DNA of 64,000 nucleotides from Polyangiales bacterium (GCA_045106895.1 JBGCFM010000029.1:1-64000); one strand, 5' to 3'; shown: positions 9,420 through 20,786, numbered from the stretch's first letter. Notes: generated by a model from the letters alone, not told the origin. Made by a program: numbers and translations.

Positions 9420-11573
9420 ATGAAACCCCCCTTGTTCCGACTCCTTGGATTTTCTTTCGTTTTCCTTGCTCTTGCCTGCGGGGATGACGATGGCACCCCG
9501 GGGTTGGACGGGGGAATGGACGGCGGCACGGAGGAGGCCGTTTTCGCGGTATTTGACCCTGCTCCGGGGCCTATGGCCTTTGGAACGATGCCCTATCCGG
9601 ACGATCTCTTCCTGGATGAGTCGGGGCACATCGCGCTGAGCGAGTACCCGGCGGAGGCTGGGGCCTCCAGCGCCTACCTCACAAGTCTTCGGGATGGACT
9701 CGCGACCTTGGACGGCTTCGGCGGAGTGGGCGGGATCTACGTCCCCTTCGACGACGACGTCGACCCGGCCTCATTGCCGGAGACGCCGACGGAGACGCTC
9801 CAGCCGGAATCGAGCGTGTTCCTCCTCGACGCCGACCCCGGGTCCCCGACTCCTTTCGCGCGGCTCCCTGCGCAGGTTCGATGGCTTGCGGCGGAACGAA
9901 TGATCGTTGTTCGACCCGTGAGGCCCCTCGCACCGGGTCAGCCTTATGCGGTGGTGGTGACTTCCCAGGTTCGCGGCACCATGGGTCGTCCGGTCCTTGC
10001 GGCGCCCGCATTCGCGTCCATTCGCGATGCGGACACCGCGCCGGAAGACCCCACGTTGGCGGAGGCGTTCGCACGCTATGGACCTGTCCTCGACAACATC
10101 GATGGCGAGCGCTCGGAGGTCGTGGCCGTTAGCGTTTTCCACGTTCAAAACGCAACGTCAGAGCTGGAGCAAGTTCGCGAGCAAGCGCAGGACCAGGTCC
10201 CGACGATTCGAATCGAGGAGGTGCTGACGGGGGAGGCACTCGACGAACGACTCGGGCAGCCGGTCACGCGGGAAGCGGGGCTCGGTATCGAGGGAGGCGT
10301 GCTTCATACCGACATCGGTTGGCTGGTTCACGGCGCGATCAGCGTACCTAACTTTTTGAACGAAGCAGAGGGCGTGCACGGGCGCTTTGAGCGTACGGAC
10401 TCCGGAACCATCGGAGCGAAACGCATCGATCAGGCGCCCTTCACGTTGGTGCTGCCGTTGGTGCTCCCCGTCGGTTCCGAGGCACCGCCGCTGGTCATTT
10501 TTCAGCATGGCGTTGCCGGCGAACGCAGCCAGCTCCTCGGTCTTGCAAACACCCTGGCCGCCGCGGGCTACGCAAGCATCGCCATCGACGCACCCTTCCA
10601 CGGTCTGCGTGCGCGGGGCGAAGTTCTCGACGCGGTCAACAACTTCACCGGTGCCGCCGAGCCCGACGGTTTCGGCGACCTTGGTGGAGTCGGCGTGGTC
10701 CTCGACTTCGTGGGGGCCCTGGAAAACGAAGGTGAGTATCCGGCGTTTCATCCGATCTACTTTCGCGACGCCCTTCGGCAGAGTGCCGCAGACCTTCACT
10801 CGTTGGTGCGGGCGATTCGAGCCGGGGATTGGAGCGAGCTTCGAGAGCGAGCGCCGGAGCTGGAGGGCGTGTTCCTCGCCGACAGCCGGTTGGCGTTCGT
10901 TGGCAACTCTCTGGGCGGCCTCATCGGCTCTCTCTTTGTCGCAACGGAGCCTGAGATTGCGGCCGCCGCGCTCTGCGTGACGGGAGGTCACCTGACGGAG
11001 CTGGTTCAGGACAGCCTCTCGTTCAACCTCCAGCTTTTGGCTGTGCTTCCGCTCCTCAACCTCGATGCCACCGACCTCGACTACGAGAACGACGAGCCCC
11101 TGCTTCGCCCCGGGGTTGCGCTTTGGCAGTCCCTTCTCGACGCAGGGGACGCGGCTCTCTACGCGCGCTTGATGCGAGAGCGATCCACGCATCTTCTCAT
11201 GACGATGGTTCGCAACGACGAGACGGTACCGAACCGCAGCACCGAGCTCCTCGCGCGCGCATTTGGCCTGCCCATCGTAGGCGGAGAGCCCCGGTACGCG
11301 GAGCTACCCATGGGAGAGCTTCCGCTGCGCTCGAACTATGAAATCGGCACGGAGAGCGTCACACGCGGACTCTACGTGTACGAGAGCGGCACCCATGGTT
11401 CTCTGCTCTGGCGCGGTGGGACGCGGCGGGCCGTCGCCCCGCCTGACCCTCCCTTCGTCGACGTGGATCCCGTCCCGGTTTCAAACCCCGTCGACGGAAT
11501 GCAGGGCCAGATTCTTGCGCTCTTCGAAAGCTGGCGTGCAGGCAGCGCGGAAATCGTGCTGCCTACCGAGTAA
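9420..11573 (+). CDS. extracellular lipase/alpha-beta hydrolase lipoprotein (Pla-1/Cef-like)
   Basis: Lipobox LALAC; PYPDD, LDGFG, IFQHG, IDAPFHG; nucleophile elbow GNSLGG. Confidence 0.78.
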   Translation: MKPPLFRLLGFSFVFLALACGDDDGTPGLDGGMDGGTEEAVFAVFDPAPGPMAFGTMPYPDDLFLDESGHIALSEYPAEAGASSAYLTSLRDGLATLDGFGGVGGIYVPFDDDVDPASLPETPTETLQPESSVFLLDADPGSPTPFARLPAQVRWLAAERMIVVRPVRPLAPGQPYAVVVTSQVRGTMGRPVLAAPAFASIRDADTAPEDPTLAEAFARYGPVLDNIDGERSEVVAVSVFHVQNATSELEQVREQAQDQVPTIRIEEVLTGEALDERLGQPVTREAGLGIEGGVLHTDIGWLVHGAISVPNFLNEAEGVHGRFERTDSGTIGAKRIDQAPFTLVLPLVLPVGSEAPPLVIFQHGVAGERSQLLGLANTLAAAGYASIAIDAPFHGLRARGEVLDAVNNFTGAAEPDGFGDLGGVGVVLDFVGALENEGEYPAFHPIYFRDALRQSAADLHSLVRAIRAGDWSELRERAPELEGVFLADSRLAFVGNSLGGLIGSLFVATEPEIAAAALCVTGGHLTELVQDSLSFNLQLLAVLPLLNLDATDLDYENDEPLLRPGVALWQSLLDAGDAALYARLMRERSTHLLMTMVRNDETVPNRSTELLARAFGLPIVGGEPRYAELPMGELPLRSNYEIGTESVTRGLYVYESGTHGSLLWRGGTRRAVAPPDPPFVDVDPVPVSNPVDGMQGQILALFESWRAGSAEIVLPTE

Positions 11574-11581
11574 GCCGGGTT

Positions 11582-13129
11582 CTACAGAGGAGGGTTGCCG
11601 TGCTTGCGCGGCGGGTTGTTGTCCCGCTTGTCGCGGAGCATCTCAAGGGCCGCACAGATCCGCTGGCGGCTCTGTCGAGGGCGAATGACCTCATCGACGA
11701 AGCCAAGTTCTGCGGCCTTGAAGGGGTTGGCGAACTTATCGCGGTAATCTTCCACGAACGCGGCTTTCGCAGCGACGGGGTCTTCGGCTTCGGCGAGTTC
11801 GCGTCGATAGACGATGTTGACGGCGCCGTCCGGGCCCATCACGGCGATCTCTGCGGAGGGGTATGCGAGACTGATGTCGCCGCGGATGTGTTTGCTGCTC
11901 ATGACGTCATAAGCGCCGCCGTAGGCTTTGCGCGTGATGAGCGTGACCTTCGGGACCGTGGCTTCGCAGTATGCGTAGAGGAGCTTCGCGCCATGCTTGA
12001 TGATGCCGCCGTACTCTTGGGCGGTTCCTGGAAGGAAGCCAGGCACATCCACGAGGGTGACGATGGGGATGTTGAAGCAATCACAGAACTGCACAAAACG
12101 CGCGGCTTTGACGCTCGCATCAATGTCGAGGCAACCGGCGAGAATCATCGGCTGGTTGGCGACGATGCCAACGGGGTGCCCCGCGAATCGGGCAAAACCA
12201 ACGACGATGTTTTTGGCGTAGGCCTCTTGCACTTCAAGAAAGTCGCCGTCGTCCACGATGTGCTCGATGACGCCTTTGATGTCGTAGGGCTTCATTGGAT
12301 CCTCTGGAACGAGGGTGTCCAAAGCGGGCTCTTCGCGGCTCGGAGGATCGACGCATTCACGTACCGGCGGCGCTTCGTTGTTGTTGCTCGGCAAGAACGA
12401 GAGCAGGTCACGAATCGCGGCGATGCAGTCTGCGTCATCCCCGCAGGTAAAGTGGCTCACGCCGCTCTTCGCCGCGTGGGTCTGTGCTCCGCCGAGCTCT
12501 TCTTTGGTGACCTCTTCGTGGGTGACGGTCTTCACGACCTCAGGGCCCGTGATAAACATGTAGCTCGACTCTTCGACCATAAAGATGAAGTCGGTGAGGG
12601 CGGGGCTGTAGACGGCGCCGCCGGCACATGGGCCCATGATCGCGCTGATCTGCGGGACGACACCCGACGCCAACGCGTTGCGGAGAAAGATGTCCGCGTA
12701 TCCGGCGAGGCTCTGGACGCCTTCCTGAATGCGTGCGCCGCCGGAGTCATTCAGGCCGATGACGGGGGCACCGGTTTTCAGGGCGAGGTCCATGACCTTG
12801 GTGATTTTGGACGCAAAGGCGCTCGAGAGGCTGCCGCCGAACACCGTGAAGTCTTGTGCGAAGACGAAGGTCTTCCGCCCGTCGACGGTGCCGTAGCCCG
12901 TGACGACGCCGTCGCCGGGGATGCGCTGCTTCTCCATGCCGAAGTCTGTGCATCGGTGCGACACCAGGCGGTCGAGTTCGACGAAGGACCCCGGATCCAT
13001 GAGTAGCTCGATGCGCTCGCGCGCCGTGAGCTTTCCTTTTTGGTGCTGCTTGGCGACGCGGGCGGCGCCACCTCCCTCGAGGGCCTGTTTGTCGAGGGCA
13101 TCGAGACGCTTGATGGGGTCAGTGCTCAT
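11582..13129 (-). CDS. pccB: acyl-CoA (propionyl-CoA) carboxylase carboxyltransferase beta subunit
   Basis: [59 protein letters not shown]. Confidence 0.93.
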   Translation of the reverse strand: MSTDPIKRLDALDKQALEGGGAARVAKQHQKGKLTARERIELLMDPGSFVELDRLVSHRCTDFGMEKQRIPGDGVVTGYGTVDGRKTFVFAQDFTVFGGSLSSAFASKITKVMDLALKTGAPVIGLNDSGGARIQEGVQSLAGYADIFLRNALASGVVPQISAIMGPCAGGAVYSPALTDFIFMVEESSYMFITGPEVVKTVTHEEVTKEELGGAQTHAAKSGVSHFTCGDDADCIAAIRDLLSFLPSNNNEAPPVRECVDPPSREEPALDTLVPEDPMKPYDIKGVIEHIVDDGDFLEVQEAYAKNIVVGFARFAGHPVGIVANQPMILAGCLDIDASVKAARFVQFCDCFNIPIVTLVDVPGFLPGTAQEYGGIIKHGAKLLYAYCEATVPKVTLITRKAYGGAYDVMSSKHIRGDISLAYPSAEIAVMGPDGAVNIVYRRELAEAEDPVAAKAAFVEDYRDKFANPFKAAELGFVDEVIRPRQSRQRICAALEMLRDKRDNNPPRKHGNPPL

Positions 13130-13199
13130 GCGCACCACATAGTCGATTCCGCGGCTTGGGACCAGAACGCATCGAGGCCCAGCACCCGAAGCGTCTGCC

Positions 13200-14546
13200 C
13201 TAGACGGCGGCGAGAGCGTCGACGAGGCGGTCGAGGTCTGCGCGGTTGTGCTTTTCGGTCACAGCCACGAGAAAGTCCGAGGTGGCGCCGCCGAAAGGCG
13301 CCAGGTCGATACCCGCGAGGATTCCCGAGGAAGCGGCGAGCGTCGCCAAGAGAGGGGCGGCGTTGCCATCGCCTCGGCGCACGACGAACTCGTTGAACGT
13401 GGGGGCGCTCATGGGCAGCGAGTAGTTGTCGAGGGACGCGATTCGCGTCTTGAGGTACTCGGCGTTTCGAAGGCAAAGGTCGCCGGCCTGAAGGAACCCT
13501 TGTTTTCCGAGCATCGCCGTCCGAATGGTGAAGGCGAGCGCGATGAGCCCATGGTTCGTGCAGATGTTGCTCGTCGCCTTTTCGCGGCGAATATGCTGCT
13601 CGCGTGTCGAAAGGGTGAGCACAAATCCGCGCTCCCCGTCCTGGTCGACGGTCTCGCCGACGAGGCGGCCGGGCATCTGACGCACGAACTTCTGGCGGCA
13701 CGCGAAGAGGCCCACGCCTGGCCCGCCGAGCTGGGGTGGCACGGCCAAGCTCTGACCTTCGCCAACACAGATGTCAGCGCCGAAGACCCCGGGGGACTTG
13801 AGCAAGGAGAGCGCATAAGGCTCGCTTGTCGCCGTCACGAAGAGCGCTCCGGCAGCGTGGGTGGTTTCGATCATCGGCGCGATGTTCTCGACGCAGCCGA
13901 AGAAGTTCGGGTAGCCGACGACAACGACAGCCGCGTCGCTCACGGCGGCGGCGAGCTCCGCTTGATTCGTGTGACCGCTCTCGTCGTAAGGCACGACGAT
14001 CAGCTCGGGCGCGTTCTTGTCGACGGCGTTGAGGTACGTGCGGATGGTGTCGAGATAGTGGGGATGGATCGCGCCGGAGACGACGACCTTCTTACGCTTG
14101 GTAATACGCCGCGCCATGAGGACGGCTTCGGCGCTCCCGCTCGCGGCGCAGTACATCGATGCGTTGGCGACTTCCTGGCCGAATAGCTCACAGACCAGCG
14201 TCTGAAACTCAAAGATCGACTGAAGCGTACCCTGAGCGACCTCCGCTTGGTAAGGCGTGTACGCCGTGTAGAACTCGCTGCGCAGGAGCAGCTGGTCCAT
14301 CGCGGGCGGGATGTGGTGGTCGTACATACCGCCGCCCAAGAACGACAAAGAGCCCGCTGCTTCGTTTGAAGCGGCGAGCTCATTGAGGTGGCGCATGAGC
14401 CGGTGCTCGTCGAGAGCGGGCTCCAGTTCCAGGGGCGCGGCTCGTCCACTTTCCGGGATCGGCTCGAAGAGCGCGTCGATGGACTCGACCCCCACACGCT
14501 GGAGCATCTGTGCGATTTCGTCTTCGGTGTGGGGAAGGTAGCGCAT
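13200..14546 (-). CDS. gcvPA: glycine dehydrogenase subunit 1
   Basis: [43 protein letters not shown]. Confidence 0.96.
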   Translation of the reverse strand: MRYLPHTEDEIAQMLQRVGVESIDALFEPIPESGRAAPLELEPALDEHRLMRHLNELAASNEAAGSLSFLGGGMYDHHIPPAMDQLLLRSEFYTAYTPYQAEVAQGTLQSIFEFQTLVCELFGQEVANASMYCAASGSAEAVLMARRITKRKKVVVSGAIHPHYLDTIRTYLNAVDKNAPELIVVPYDESGHTNQAELAAAVSDAAVVVVGYPNFFGCVENIAPMIETTHAAGALFVTATSEPYALSLLKSPGVFGADICVGEGQSLAVPPQLGGPGVGLFACRQKFVRQMPGRLVGETVDQDGERGFVLTLSTREQHIRREKATSNICTNHGLIALAFTIRTAMLGKQGFLQAGDLCLRNAEYLKTRIASLDNYSLPMSAPTFNEFVVRRGDGNAAPLLATLAASSGILAGIDLAPFGGATSDFLVAVTEKHNRADLDRLVDALAAV

Positions 14547-14616
14547 GGCACAGGGTGTTGTGCGGGATCACGCAGAGATCAAGCCAACGCACCCTCATGG
14601 AGTGAGGCATCCCAGA

Positions 14617-14652
14617 GCGGCGAGGGGCTCGCGGCGAGGGGCTCGCGGCGAG
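14617..14652. repeat. 14-bp tandem repeat (2.5 copies) in the gcvH-gcvPA spacer
   Basis: GCGGCGAGGGGCTC x2 plus GCGGCGAG. Confidence 0.85.
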
Positions 14653-14663
14653 CGCGAGGCCGA

Positions 14664-15050
14664 CTACTCGATTTTTCCGACGAAGTCCTCGTACTGAACG
14701 GCGTTCATCAGCCGCCCAAAGTCCCCCTCGGGCGCACGGATCGCGATGAGCCATCCCGCGTCGTAGGGGCTCTCGTTCACCAGCTCGGGGCTGCCTTCAA
14801 GCTCGTCGTTGACCTCGGCGACCTCGCCACTGACCGGGGCGACGAGCTCGCTCATCGTCTTGACGGATTCGATCTCGCCAAACTGCTCTTCGGCCTGAAT
14901 CTCGGTGCCGACGGGCGGGAGGTCGACGAGGGTGATGTCGCCGAGCTGTTCAACGGCGTACGCCGTGACGCCGACACGGATGAGGTCACCGTCTTGTCGG
15001 GCCCATTCGTGATCTTTCGTGTAGCGGAGGTCGCTGGGGTACTGAGACAT
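14664..15050 (-). CDS. gcvH: glycine cleavage system H protein
   Basis: YTKDHEW, lipoyl motif ESVK, VNESPY..GWL. Confidence 0.97.
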   Translation of the reverse strand: MSQYPSDLRYTKDHEWARQDGDLIRVGVTAYAVEQLGDITLVDLPPVGTEIQAEEQFGEIESVKTMSELVAPVSGEVAEVNDELEGSPELVNESPYDAGWLIAIRAPEGDFGRLMNAVQYEDFVGKIE

Positions 15051-15081
15051 CGTATTTCCTCGTCGGTGGCGTGTGTAAAGT

Positions 15082-16167
15082 CTAGGAGCGCTTGTAAAAA
15101 GGCGGCTTGACTACGATTGCGTCTCCCACGCGCTTACCCCGAATGTCAACACCGAACGTGGAGCCGACTTTCGCGAGGGCCTTCGGGACGTAACCAAGCC
15201 CGATGTTCTTGGAGAGCGTCGGCGAGGGAGATCCGCTGGTGACCTTCCCGATCACGCTCCCTTCTTGGACGATGGGGTAGCCGCTTCTCGCGATCTCTCG
15301 CCCGGTCATCTCAAAGCCCACGAGCTTTCGCTCCCAGCCCTCTTTTTTGATACGCGTGAGCGCGTCGCGACCGACGAAGTCGCCGTGCTTGAGCTTCACG
15401 ACCCATCCGAGGCCGGCCTCATAGGGGTGCGTCGTCTCATCAATCTCGTTGCCGTAGAGGCTGAGGCGGGCTTCGAGGCGCAGCGTGTCTCGTGCTCCGA
15501 GCCCTGTGGGGGTCGCGCCTTCCGCGGCGAAGGCGTTCCAAATCGCCACCGCGTTCTCGTTCGGGACGACGATTTCGAAACCGTCCTCACCGGTGTAGCC
15601 GGTGCGGGCCACGCGACAGGAAACCCCCGCGACATCACCTTCGCCGGTCCGGAAGAAACCGAGTTTGCTGAGCTCTCCGCCCCCGGCGGCTTCCAGGATG
15701 CTCTCGGCTTTCGGGCCCTGGAGAGCGATCAACGCGAAGGCATCGGAGCGGTCGGCGAAGTCGCAGCGGCCGTCCGCGTGAGAGCCCACGTGATCTGCGA
15801 TCTTTGCGCGGTTGCTCGCGTTGCAGATGATCATCACCTCTTTTTCCGCGAGGCGATACACGATGAGGTCATCAAGGATGGTCCCCTTTTCGTTGCAAGC
15901 AACGGTGTACAGAGCCTGGCCAAGCTCGAGCTTCGCGACGGCGCCCGTCACCAAGGAGTCGGCCACGGACACCGCTTCGTCACCGGCGAGGAAGAGTTCG
16001 CCCATGTGCGAGACGTCGAAGATGCCGGCGCCGGTGCGAACGGCTGTGTGCTCTTTGACGATCCCCGCGTATTGGATCGGCATCGAATAGCCTGCGAAAG
16101 GGACCAGGCGCGCGCCGAGCTCGGTATGAAGGTCGTGGAGAGGGGTGGTTTGGAGTGTGTCTGTCAC
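15082..16167 (-). CDS. gcvT: glycine cleavage system aminomethyltransferase T
   Basis: FDVSHMGE, RTGYTGEDGFE, GLGARDTLRLEA. Confidence 0.97.
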   Translation of the reverse strand: MTDTLQTTPLHDLHTELGARLVPFAGYSMPIQYAGIVKEHTAVRTGAGIFDVSHMGELFLAGDEAVSVADSLVTGAVAKLELGQALYTVACNEKGTILDDLIVYRLAEKEVMIICNASNRAKIADHVGSHADGRCDFADRSDAFALIALQGPKAESILEAAGGGELSKLGFFRTGEGDVAGVSCRVARTGYTGEDGFEIVVPNENAVAIWNAFAAEGATPTGLGARDTLRLEARLSLYGNEIDETTHPYEAGLGWVVKLKHGDFVGRDALTRIKKEGWERKLVGFEMTGREIARSGYPIVQEGSVIGKVTSGSPSPTLSKNIGLGYVPKALAKVGSTFGVDIRGKRVGDAIVVKPPFYKRS

Positions 16168-16278
16168 GCCGGGAAGCTATCAGACGCGATGGTCTGCGAG
16201 CGACAACTCCCTGCATGCCTTCGCATCACCTGGGCCACGCTCGGCGCACACCGAGGTACAATGTAGGCAACTGAGGCG

Positions 16279-17874
16279 ATGACAGAACGAAGGAGGCGCT
16301 CTCCCAACGAAAAGGACGTACCTATGAGCTCTATCCTCCTCTCCCTCTCCGACTGCCTTCTTCGCGAGTATTCCCCGCGCGACGGGATGCTCATCGGGCG
16401 CAGCCAGCACTGCGACATCGTTGTTCCCGACGCGAGCGTTCCGTCCAAGGCCTTTGTGATGGAAGCCGACGGTGCGGCGTTTCGATTGCGTGACGCCGCC
16501 GTCCCCTCTCGAACGATTCCATTCAGCCCAGGAGACGAGGTGCGCATCGGGACGTACTTGCTTCGAAGCGTGGCGGAAGGCGTAGGGAAGGGCTGCACGC
16601 ACCCCCTCGCCGTCAGAAAGGAAGATGACAGCTCGTACGCGCTCGTCGTCGGGCGAGGCAAGCGCGCTCGACGCTACGTACTGAGCAGCACCCCACTTCG
16701 AATTGGGAGCGCCTCGAACAACGACGTGCGCTTGGACGACCGAACGGTGAGCGCGAGCCACTGTGAACTGGAGGCGAGCGCAGAGGGCGTGCTCGTCCGC
16801 GATATCGGCTCGCGCAATGGAACCTGGGTGGATGGTCGTCGTGTGCTCTCGGCGCTTGAGGTCTTGGGCGGGTTCGAGCTTCGCGTCGGGTGCACCGACC
16901 TGAGCATCGTTCCGCGAGGTCGCCCAACGGATCTGGAGCGCTTTGTGGTGCATTCGCCGCGGATGGTGGAACTGATGAGCGAGGCGAAACGCTACGCGGC
17001 GCTTCCTTATCCGGTGTTGGTGCTTGGCGAGAGTGGCGCGGGGAAAGAAGGCGTTTCCCGATCGCTCCACGACCTCGGGCCTCGTTCCAGCGGCCCATTC
17101 GTCGCGCTTAACGCCGGCGCGATTCCGCCCACGCTCATCGAGAGTGAGCTCTTCGGACACGAGAAGGGCGCGTTTACGGGGGCACACACGAAGCGCCGCG
17201 GCGCCTTCGAAGCGGCCCAAGGTGGAACCCTCTTTCTCGACGAAATCGGCGAGCTCCCGCTGCTTCTCCAGACGCGGCTCTTGCGCGTCCTCGAGACATG
17301 GACGGTGCGGCCCCTTGGCTCCGACCGTGAACGAGCCGTCGACGTGCGCCTGGTTTGCGCGACGAACCGAGAGCCCGCAAAGTTGGTCGCGTCCGGAGCG
17401 CTGCGTCGTGACCTCTTTCACCGACTCGGGCGCCTCACGCTTCACGTCCCACCGCTACGAGAGCGCGTGGACGATATCGAGCCTCTCGCGCGCCTCTTTC
17501 TCAGTCGCTTTGAAGAAGTCGGCGGGCCACGTCGTTTCGAGCCAAGCGCGATACGTTTTCTCGAGCGTTGCGCGTTTATGGGGAACGTTCGGGAGCTGCG
17601 CAACGTCGTCGAGGGCGCCGCAGCGCTCAGTGACCACGTGGTCAGCGAGGCGACGCTGAGGCGGGCCTATCAGCAAAACGCGTCTCCGCCGCCGCCCAGC
17701 GACGACGCGCTGGCGTTGGTGCTCCGTCAATACGGCGGGAATATCTCCGCGGCGGCGAGGGCGACGGGCATGGCTCGCGAAACGCTGAGGGACCGCCTTC
17801 GTCGACATCGTCGCCGAGAGGGCAGCGGCGGACTCACTCCTTACGGCGACAATCGAGACAAGGTGGCCGCGTAA
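16279..17874 (+). CDS. FHA-domain sigma54-dependent transcriptional activator
   Basis: Two FHA-like regions, GESGAGKE, ESELFGHEKGAFTGA, LFLDEIGE, Fis-type HTH GNISAAARATG. Confidence 0.93.
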   Translation: MTERRRRSPNEKDVPMSSILLSLSDCLLREYSPRDGMLIGRSQHCDIVVPDASVPSKAFVMEADGAAFRLRDAAVPSRTIPFSPGDEVRIGTYLLRSVAEGVGKGCTHPLAVRKEDDSSYALVVGRGKRARRYVLSSTPLRIGSASNNDVRLDDRTVSASHCELEASAEGVLVRDIGSRNGTWVDGRRVLSALEVLGGFELRVGCTDLSIVPRGRPTDLERFVVHSPRMVELMSEAKRYAALPYPVLVLGESGAGKEGVSRSLHDLGPRSSGPFVALNAGAIPPTLIESELFGHEKGAFTGAHTKRRGAFEAAQGGTLFLDEIGELPLLLQTRLLRVLETWTVRPLGSDRERAVDVRLVCATNREPAKLVASGALRRDLFHRLGRLTLHVPPLRERVDDIEPLARLFLSRFEEVGGPRRFEPSAIRFLERCAFMGNVRELRNVVEGAAALSDHVVSEATLRRAYQQNASPPPPSDDALALVLRQYGGNISAAARATGMARETLRDRLRRHRRREGSGGLTPYGDNRDKVAA

Positions 17875-17892
17875 GGCGATGGCGTTTGAGTG

Positions 17893-18594
17893 CTACCCGC
17901 GAATCCGGCGGAGCGCTTCGGCGAGGCGCTGGACGCGGAGCGCCACCAGTTCTCTCCCAACTCGAAGAGCTCGGCCTGGGTGCGCGGTCTTGGATTCGCC
18001 AGCGCGGCGTGGTCGGCATTCCATCCAGACATGACGCACTCGCAGCCCGGCGGCGAGGGCCCGGATCGGGACCTCGAAGTTGAGAAAGAAGGTGTCGGCT
18101 TTGAGTTGCGCTGGCTCGAAGAGCCGCCGGCGAATGAGGTAGGGACCTTCGCTCTCGAGGCGCACGCCGTGAACCACGGTGATGAGTGTTCGGACGCCGG
18201 CGGAGAGGACTTTGCGGGCGAGACCGTCGTCGCGGTCGTGGTAGCGGGAGAGGACGAGGTCCACGTCGTCGGCCGCCGCATCGAAGAGCGCACCAAGTCC
18301 AGCCGGGGGAATCTGACCATCGGCGGGCATGAACGTGAGCCATTCACCGGTGGCGGCGCGAGCGCCTGTCTTGAGGCCTGCGCCCATTCCGCGGTTTGTG
18401 GCATGGCGGAGAACATGTCCGCGCGCGCCGAGGGCTTTTCGGGCGACCTCTGCGCTCTCGTCGCTCGAACCGTCGTCGACGACGATGACCTCCAGGCTGG
18501 GCGCGTTCCTCTCGGACCAATCCAGAAGCTCCTTCAAGACAGGCCCGAGGTTCTCCGCCTCGTTGTACGCGAGGACGATGACGGTGGCTTTCAT
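17893..18594 (-). CDS. glycosyltransferase family 2 (DPM1-like)
   Basis: LAYNEAENL, VDDGSSD, NRGMG, ADGQ. Confidence 0.9.
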   Translation of the reverse strand: MKATVIVLAYNEAENLGPVLKELLDWSERNAPSLEVIVVDDGSSDESAEVARKALGARGHVLRHATNRGMGAGLKTGARAATGEWLTFMPADGQIPPAGLGALFDAAADDVDLVLSRYHDRDDGLARKVLSAGVRTLITVVHGVRLESEGPYLIRRRLFEPAQLKADTFFLNFEVPIRALAAGLRVRHVWMECRPRRAGESKTAHPGRALRVGRELVALRVQRLAEALRRIRG

Positions 18595-19115
18595 GAGGCC
18601 GAGCCTGGTCGCTCGCGGAGGACACGTGCCGGAACGCCGGCTGCGACAGCGTAGTCTGGAACGTTCGCAGTGACGACGGCGCCGGCGCCAATCTGCGCGC
18701 CGCGACCGATGTGCACTCCGGGTAGAATGATGCTTCCGGCGCCGATGTCCGCGTCGTCTTCGATGGTGACGCCGTCAAATCGCAGCGGCGCATGAAGGAT
18801 AGGCGTCTCGCGCCCCGCTTCTTGATGGACTGAAGTCAGGATGCGGACGCCGGGGCCGATGCCGACGTTCTCGCCGATATGAACACCACCCGCGGCGTGA
18901 AAATGACATTGGGCGCCGATCCACGTTCCGGCGCCGACGACGAGTTCGTTCTGGTGATAGCCCTCGAGGATCGTGTCGTGGCCAACGTAGACGCCACGTC
19001 GCAGGCGAACATGTTCCGGATGAAGAACCCGAACGCCGTCTTCCAAGACGACATCCTCGCCGCGTTCGGCGAGCCCGCTGTGGTCGAGGCCCGTGCCTTT
19101 GCTCCGGTACGTCAT
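18591..19115 (-). CDS. hexapeptide-repeat acyltransferase
   Basis: Left-handed beta-helix repeats; IGAGAVVT..AGVPAR. Confidence 0.9.
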   Translation of the reverse strand: MTYRSKGTGLDHSGLAERGEDVVLEDGVRVLHPEHVRLRRGVYVGHDTILEGYHQNELVVGAGTWIGAQCHFHAAGGVHIGENVGIGPGVRILTSVHQEAGRETPILHAPLRFDGVTIEDDADIGAGSIILPGVHIGRGAQIGAGAVVTANVPDYAVAAGVPARVLRERPGSAS

Positions 19116-20116
19116 TCGCCCTTGTCGCTCGACGTAGCGTCGTCTTCGCGATTCTCAGATTCGTCCTCGGCGCCTTGGACCTTGGGGAGGCCCGCGGTGA
19201 GGAGCACCAGTCCGCCGACGAGGGCGGTGGCGATTTGAATGCCAAATACGCCGAGAGAAGCGGCCGTCGCGTCCGCTTCGCCGACGGCGAGGAGCCCGAA
19301 GAGGAACACGAAGGAAGCCTCACGGGCGCCGAGTCCAGCGATGGTCGGCAGGTACATCGACACCATCGCTACGGGCACCATCACGAGGGAATCGACCAGG
19401 GTGACCTCCGGCGCCAAAGCCGAGATGCAGACATAGCCCGTTACGGCGACGAGGGCCTGCGTCATGATGCTCAAGAGCAGGACGACGAACATCAACCCTG
19501 GGTTCACTAGCGCAGGGAGGTCGCCGGCCAAACGACCCAACGCTCCCGGAAGCCAGGGCGCGATCCGTCGGCCGATGGTGGGCGCGAGGGCCGCGCCGAG
19601 GGCCGCCGTCACGCCAAGCGGGCCGAGCCATCCAGGGATGTCGAGGTCTGGAATCGGCGCGATGGTCATGAGCGCGCTCGCAAGCAGCATGAGGCCCGCC
19701 AAGCCAAAAACGCGCTCGATGAGCACGATGAGATAGGCGCCAGCCTTGCCGTCGAAGGCGTTCTTGGTCACGTGTCCACGGAGCACATCACCGCCAACAT
19801 TCGCCGGCGCGAAGGTGTTGAAGAAGATACCCACGTAGTACAGGTGAACGAGCGTTCGAAAGGGAGGCAAACGCTCTGCGCCGTAGGCCGAGAGCAGGAC
19901 GCGCCAACGAACGGAGCCCACCACGAGGTTGAGGAGGCTGACGACGAGACCCAGGCCAAGGGCCGAGAGCGGCAGGGACGCCGTGCTCTCCAGGAGTGAC
20001 TCAACATCGAGATCCGCGATCCACCACCAGAGGCCTAGCGTCGCGAGGGTGAAGAGGACCCGTGGCAAAAGGACGCGGAGCGTTGATTTCTTTTCTTTGG
20101 GCTTAGCTTCGGTCAT
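19112..20116 (-). CDS. lysylphosphatidylglycerol synthase TM / flippase-like (UPF0104) protein
   Basis: RWRVLL, FFNTFAPANVGGDVLR, IERVFGL, GLGAREA; about 8 TM helices. Confidence 0.88.
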   Translation of the reverse strand: MTEAKPKEKKSTLRVLLPRVLFTLATLGLWWWIADLDVESLLESTASLPLSALGLGLVVSLLNLVVGSVRWRVLLSAYGAERLPPFRTLVHLYYVGIFFNTFAPANVGGDVLRGHVTKNAFDGKAGAYLIVLIERVFGLAGLMLLASALMTIAPIPDLDIPGWLGPLGVTAALGAALAPTIGRRIAPWLPGALGRLAGDLPALVNPGLMFVVLLLSIMTQALVAVTGYVCISALAPEVTLVDSLVMVPVAMVSMYLPTIAGLGAREASFVFLFGLLAVGEADATAASLGVFGIQIATALVGGLVLLTAGLPKVQGAEDESENREDDATSSDKGE

Positions 20117-20786
20117 TCAGCTGCTCGGCCGCCGCTACGTAGCGCGGATGTTCACGAAGTGCCGTGTGAATCGACTCGCGCCACTCGCCGGCATCCTGGC
20201 GGATGGGCTCGTCGAAGGAGCTTAGGCACTCTTCGATGGCTCCCACCGCAGATGGCTCCACGGAGAGCCGGGGCCGTTCGCACAGAGCACGCTCAAGGCG
20301 CGTTCGGATGACCTCAATGCTCTGATACCCGCTCAGCTTGTACTCCTCGAGGCGCTTCATGAGGCCCGCGAGGCGCGGGCCGGCGTCGTTCGAAATACGC
20401 ACGAAGCCGGCGTTGTCTTTCCCGTAGGTGACGGCGTCCATGTATGGGGTGGAGTCCACGAAGTGAAGGAGCCATCGGTCGAGGAGCAGTTCCGCACCGA
20501 TGTGTCCAACGGCCATCGCCGTGCCGCGCCGCACGCCTGATTTCTCCAGGGCGACGGTGAGGGCGCTGCAGTAGCGAAGAAAGTGCGGCGTGCTGTGGAA
20601 GACCGCGTCGGTGGCGTGATGAACCTCGATGCCCGCGAGAAGCTGGCTCCGCGAGGGCGCGTCGTCCTCGACGGCCTGAAAGCGAGCCCCGCTCATCGAG
20701 ACAAAGTCAGGGAGCATCGTCCCGAAAAGAAACGCGGGGCCGGAGTTCAGCTCCTGAGCGATGACGCTATGTCCAAAGAAGTTCAT
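20103..20786 (-). CDS. ACP phosphodiesterase (AcpH)-like protein
   Basis: MNFFGH..GTMLPDF..GIEVHHATDAVFH; ATGA overlap with the miaA stop. Confidence 0.6.
   Translation of the reverse strand: MNFFGHSVIAQELNSGPAFLFGTMLPDFVSMSGARFQAVEDDAPSRSQLLAGIEVHHATDAVFHSTPHFLRYCSALTVALEKSGVRRGTAMAVGHIGAELLLDRWLLHFVDSTPYMDAVTYGKDNAGFVRISNDAGPRLAGLMKRLEEYKLSGYQSIEVIRTRLERALCERPRLSVEPSAVGAIEECLSSFDEPIRQDAGEWRESIHTALREHPRYVAAAEQLNDRS

Noticed and set aside
16168..16278. Glycine riboswitch upstream of gcvT
   Set aside because: The spacer is short, no aptamer motifs are visible, and a -10 box lies 6 nt before the GTG.
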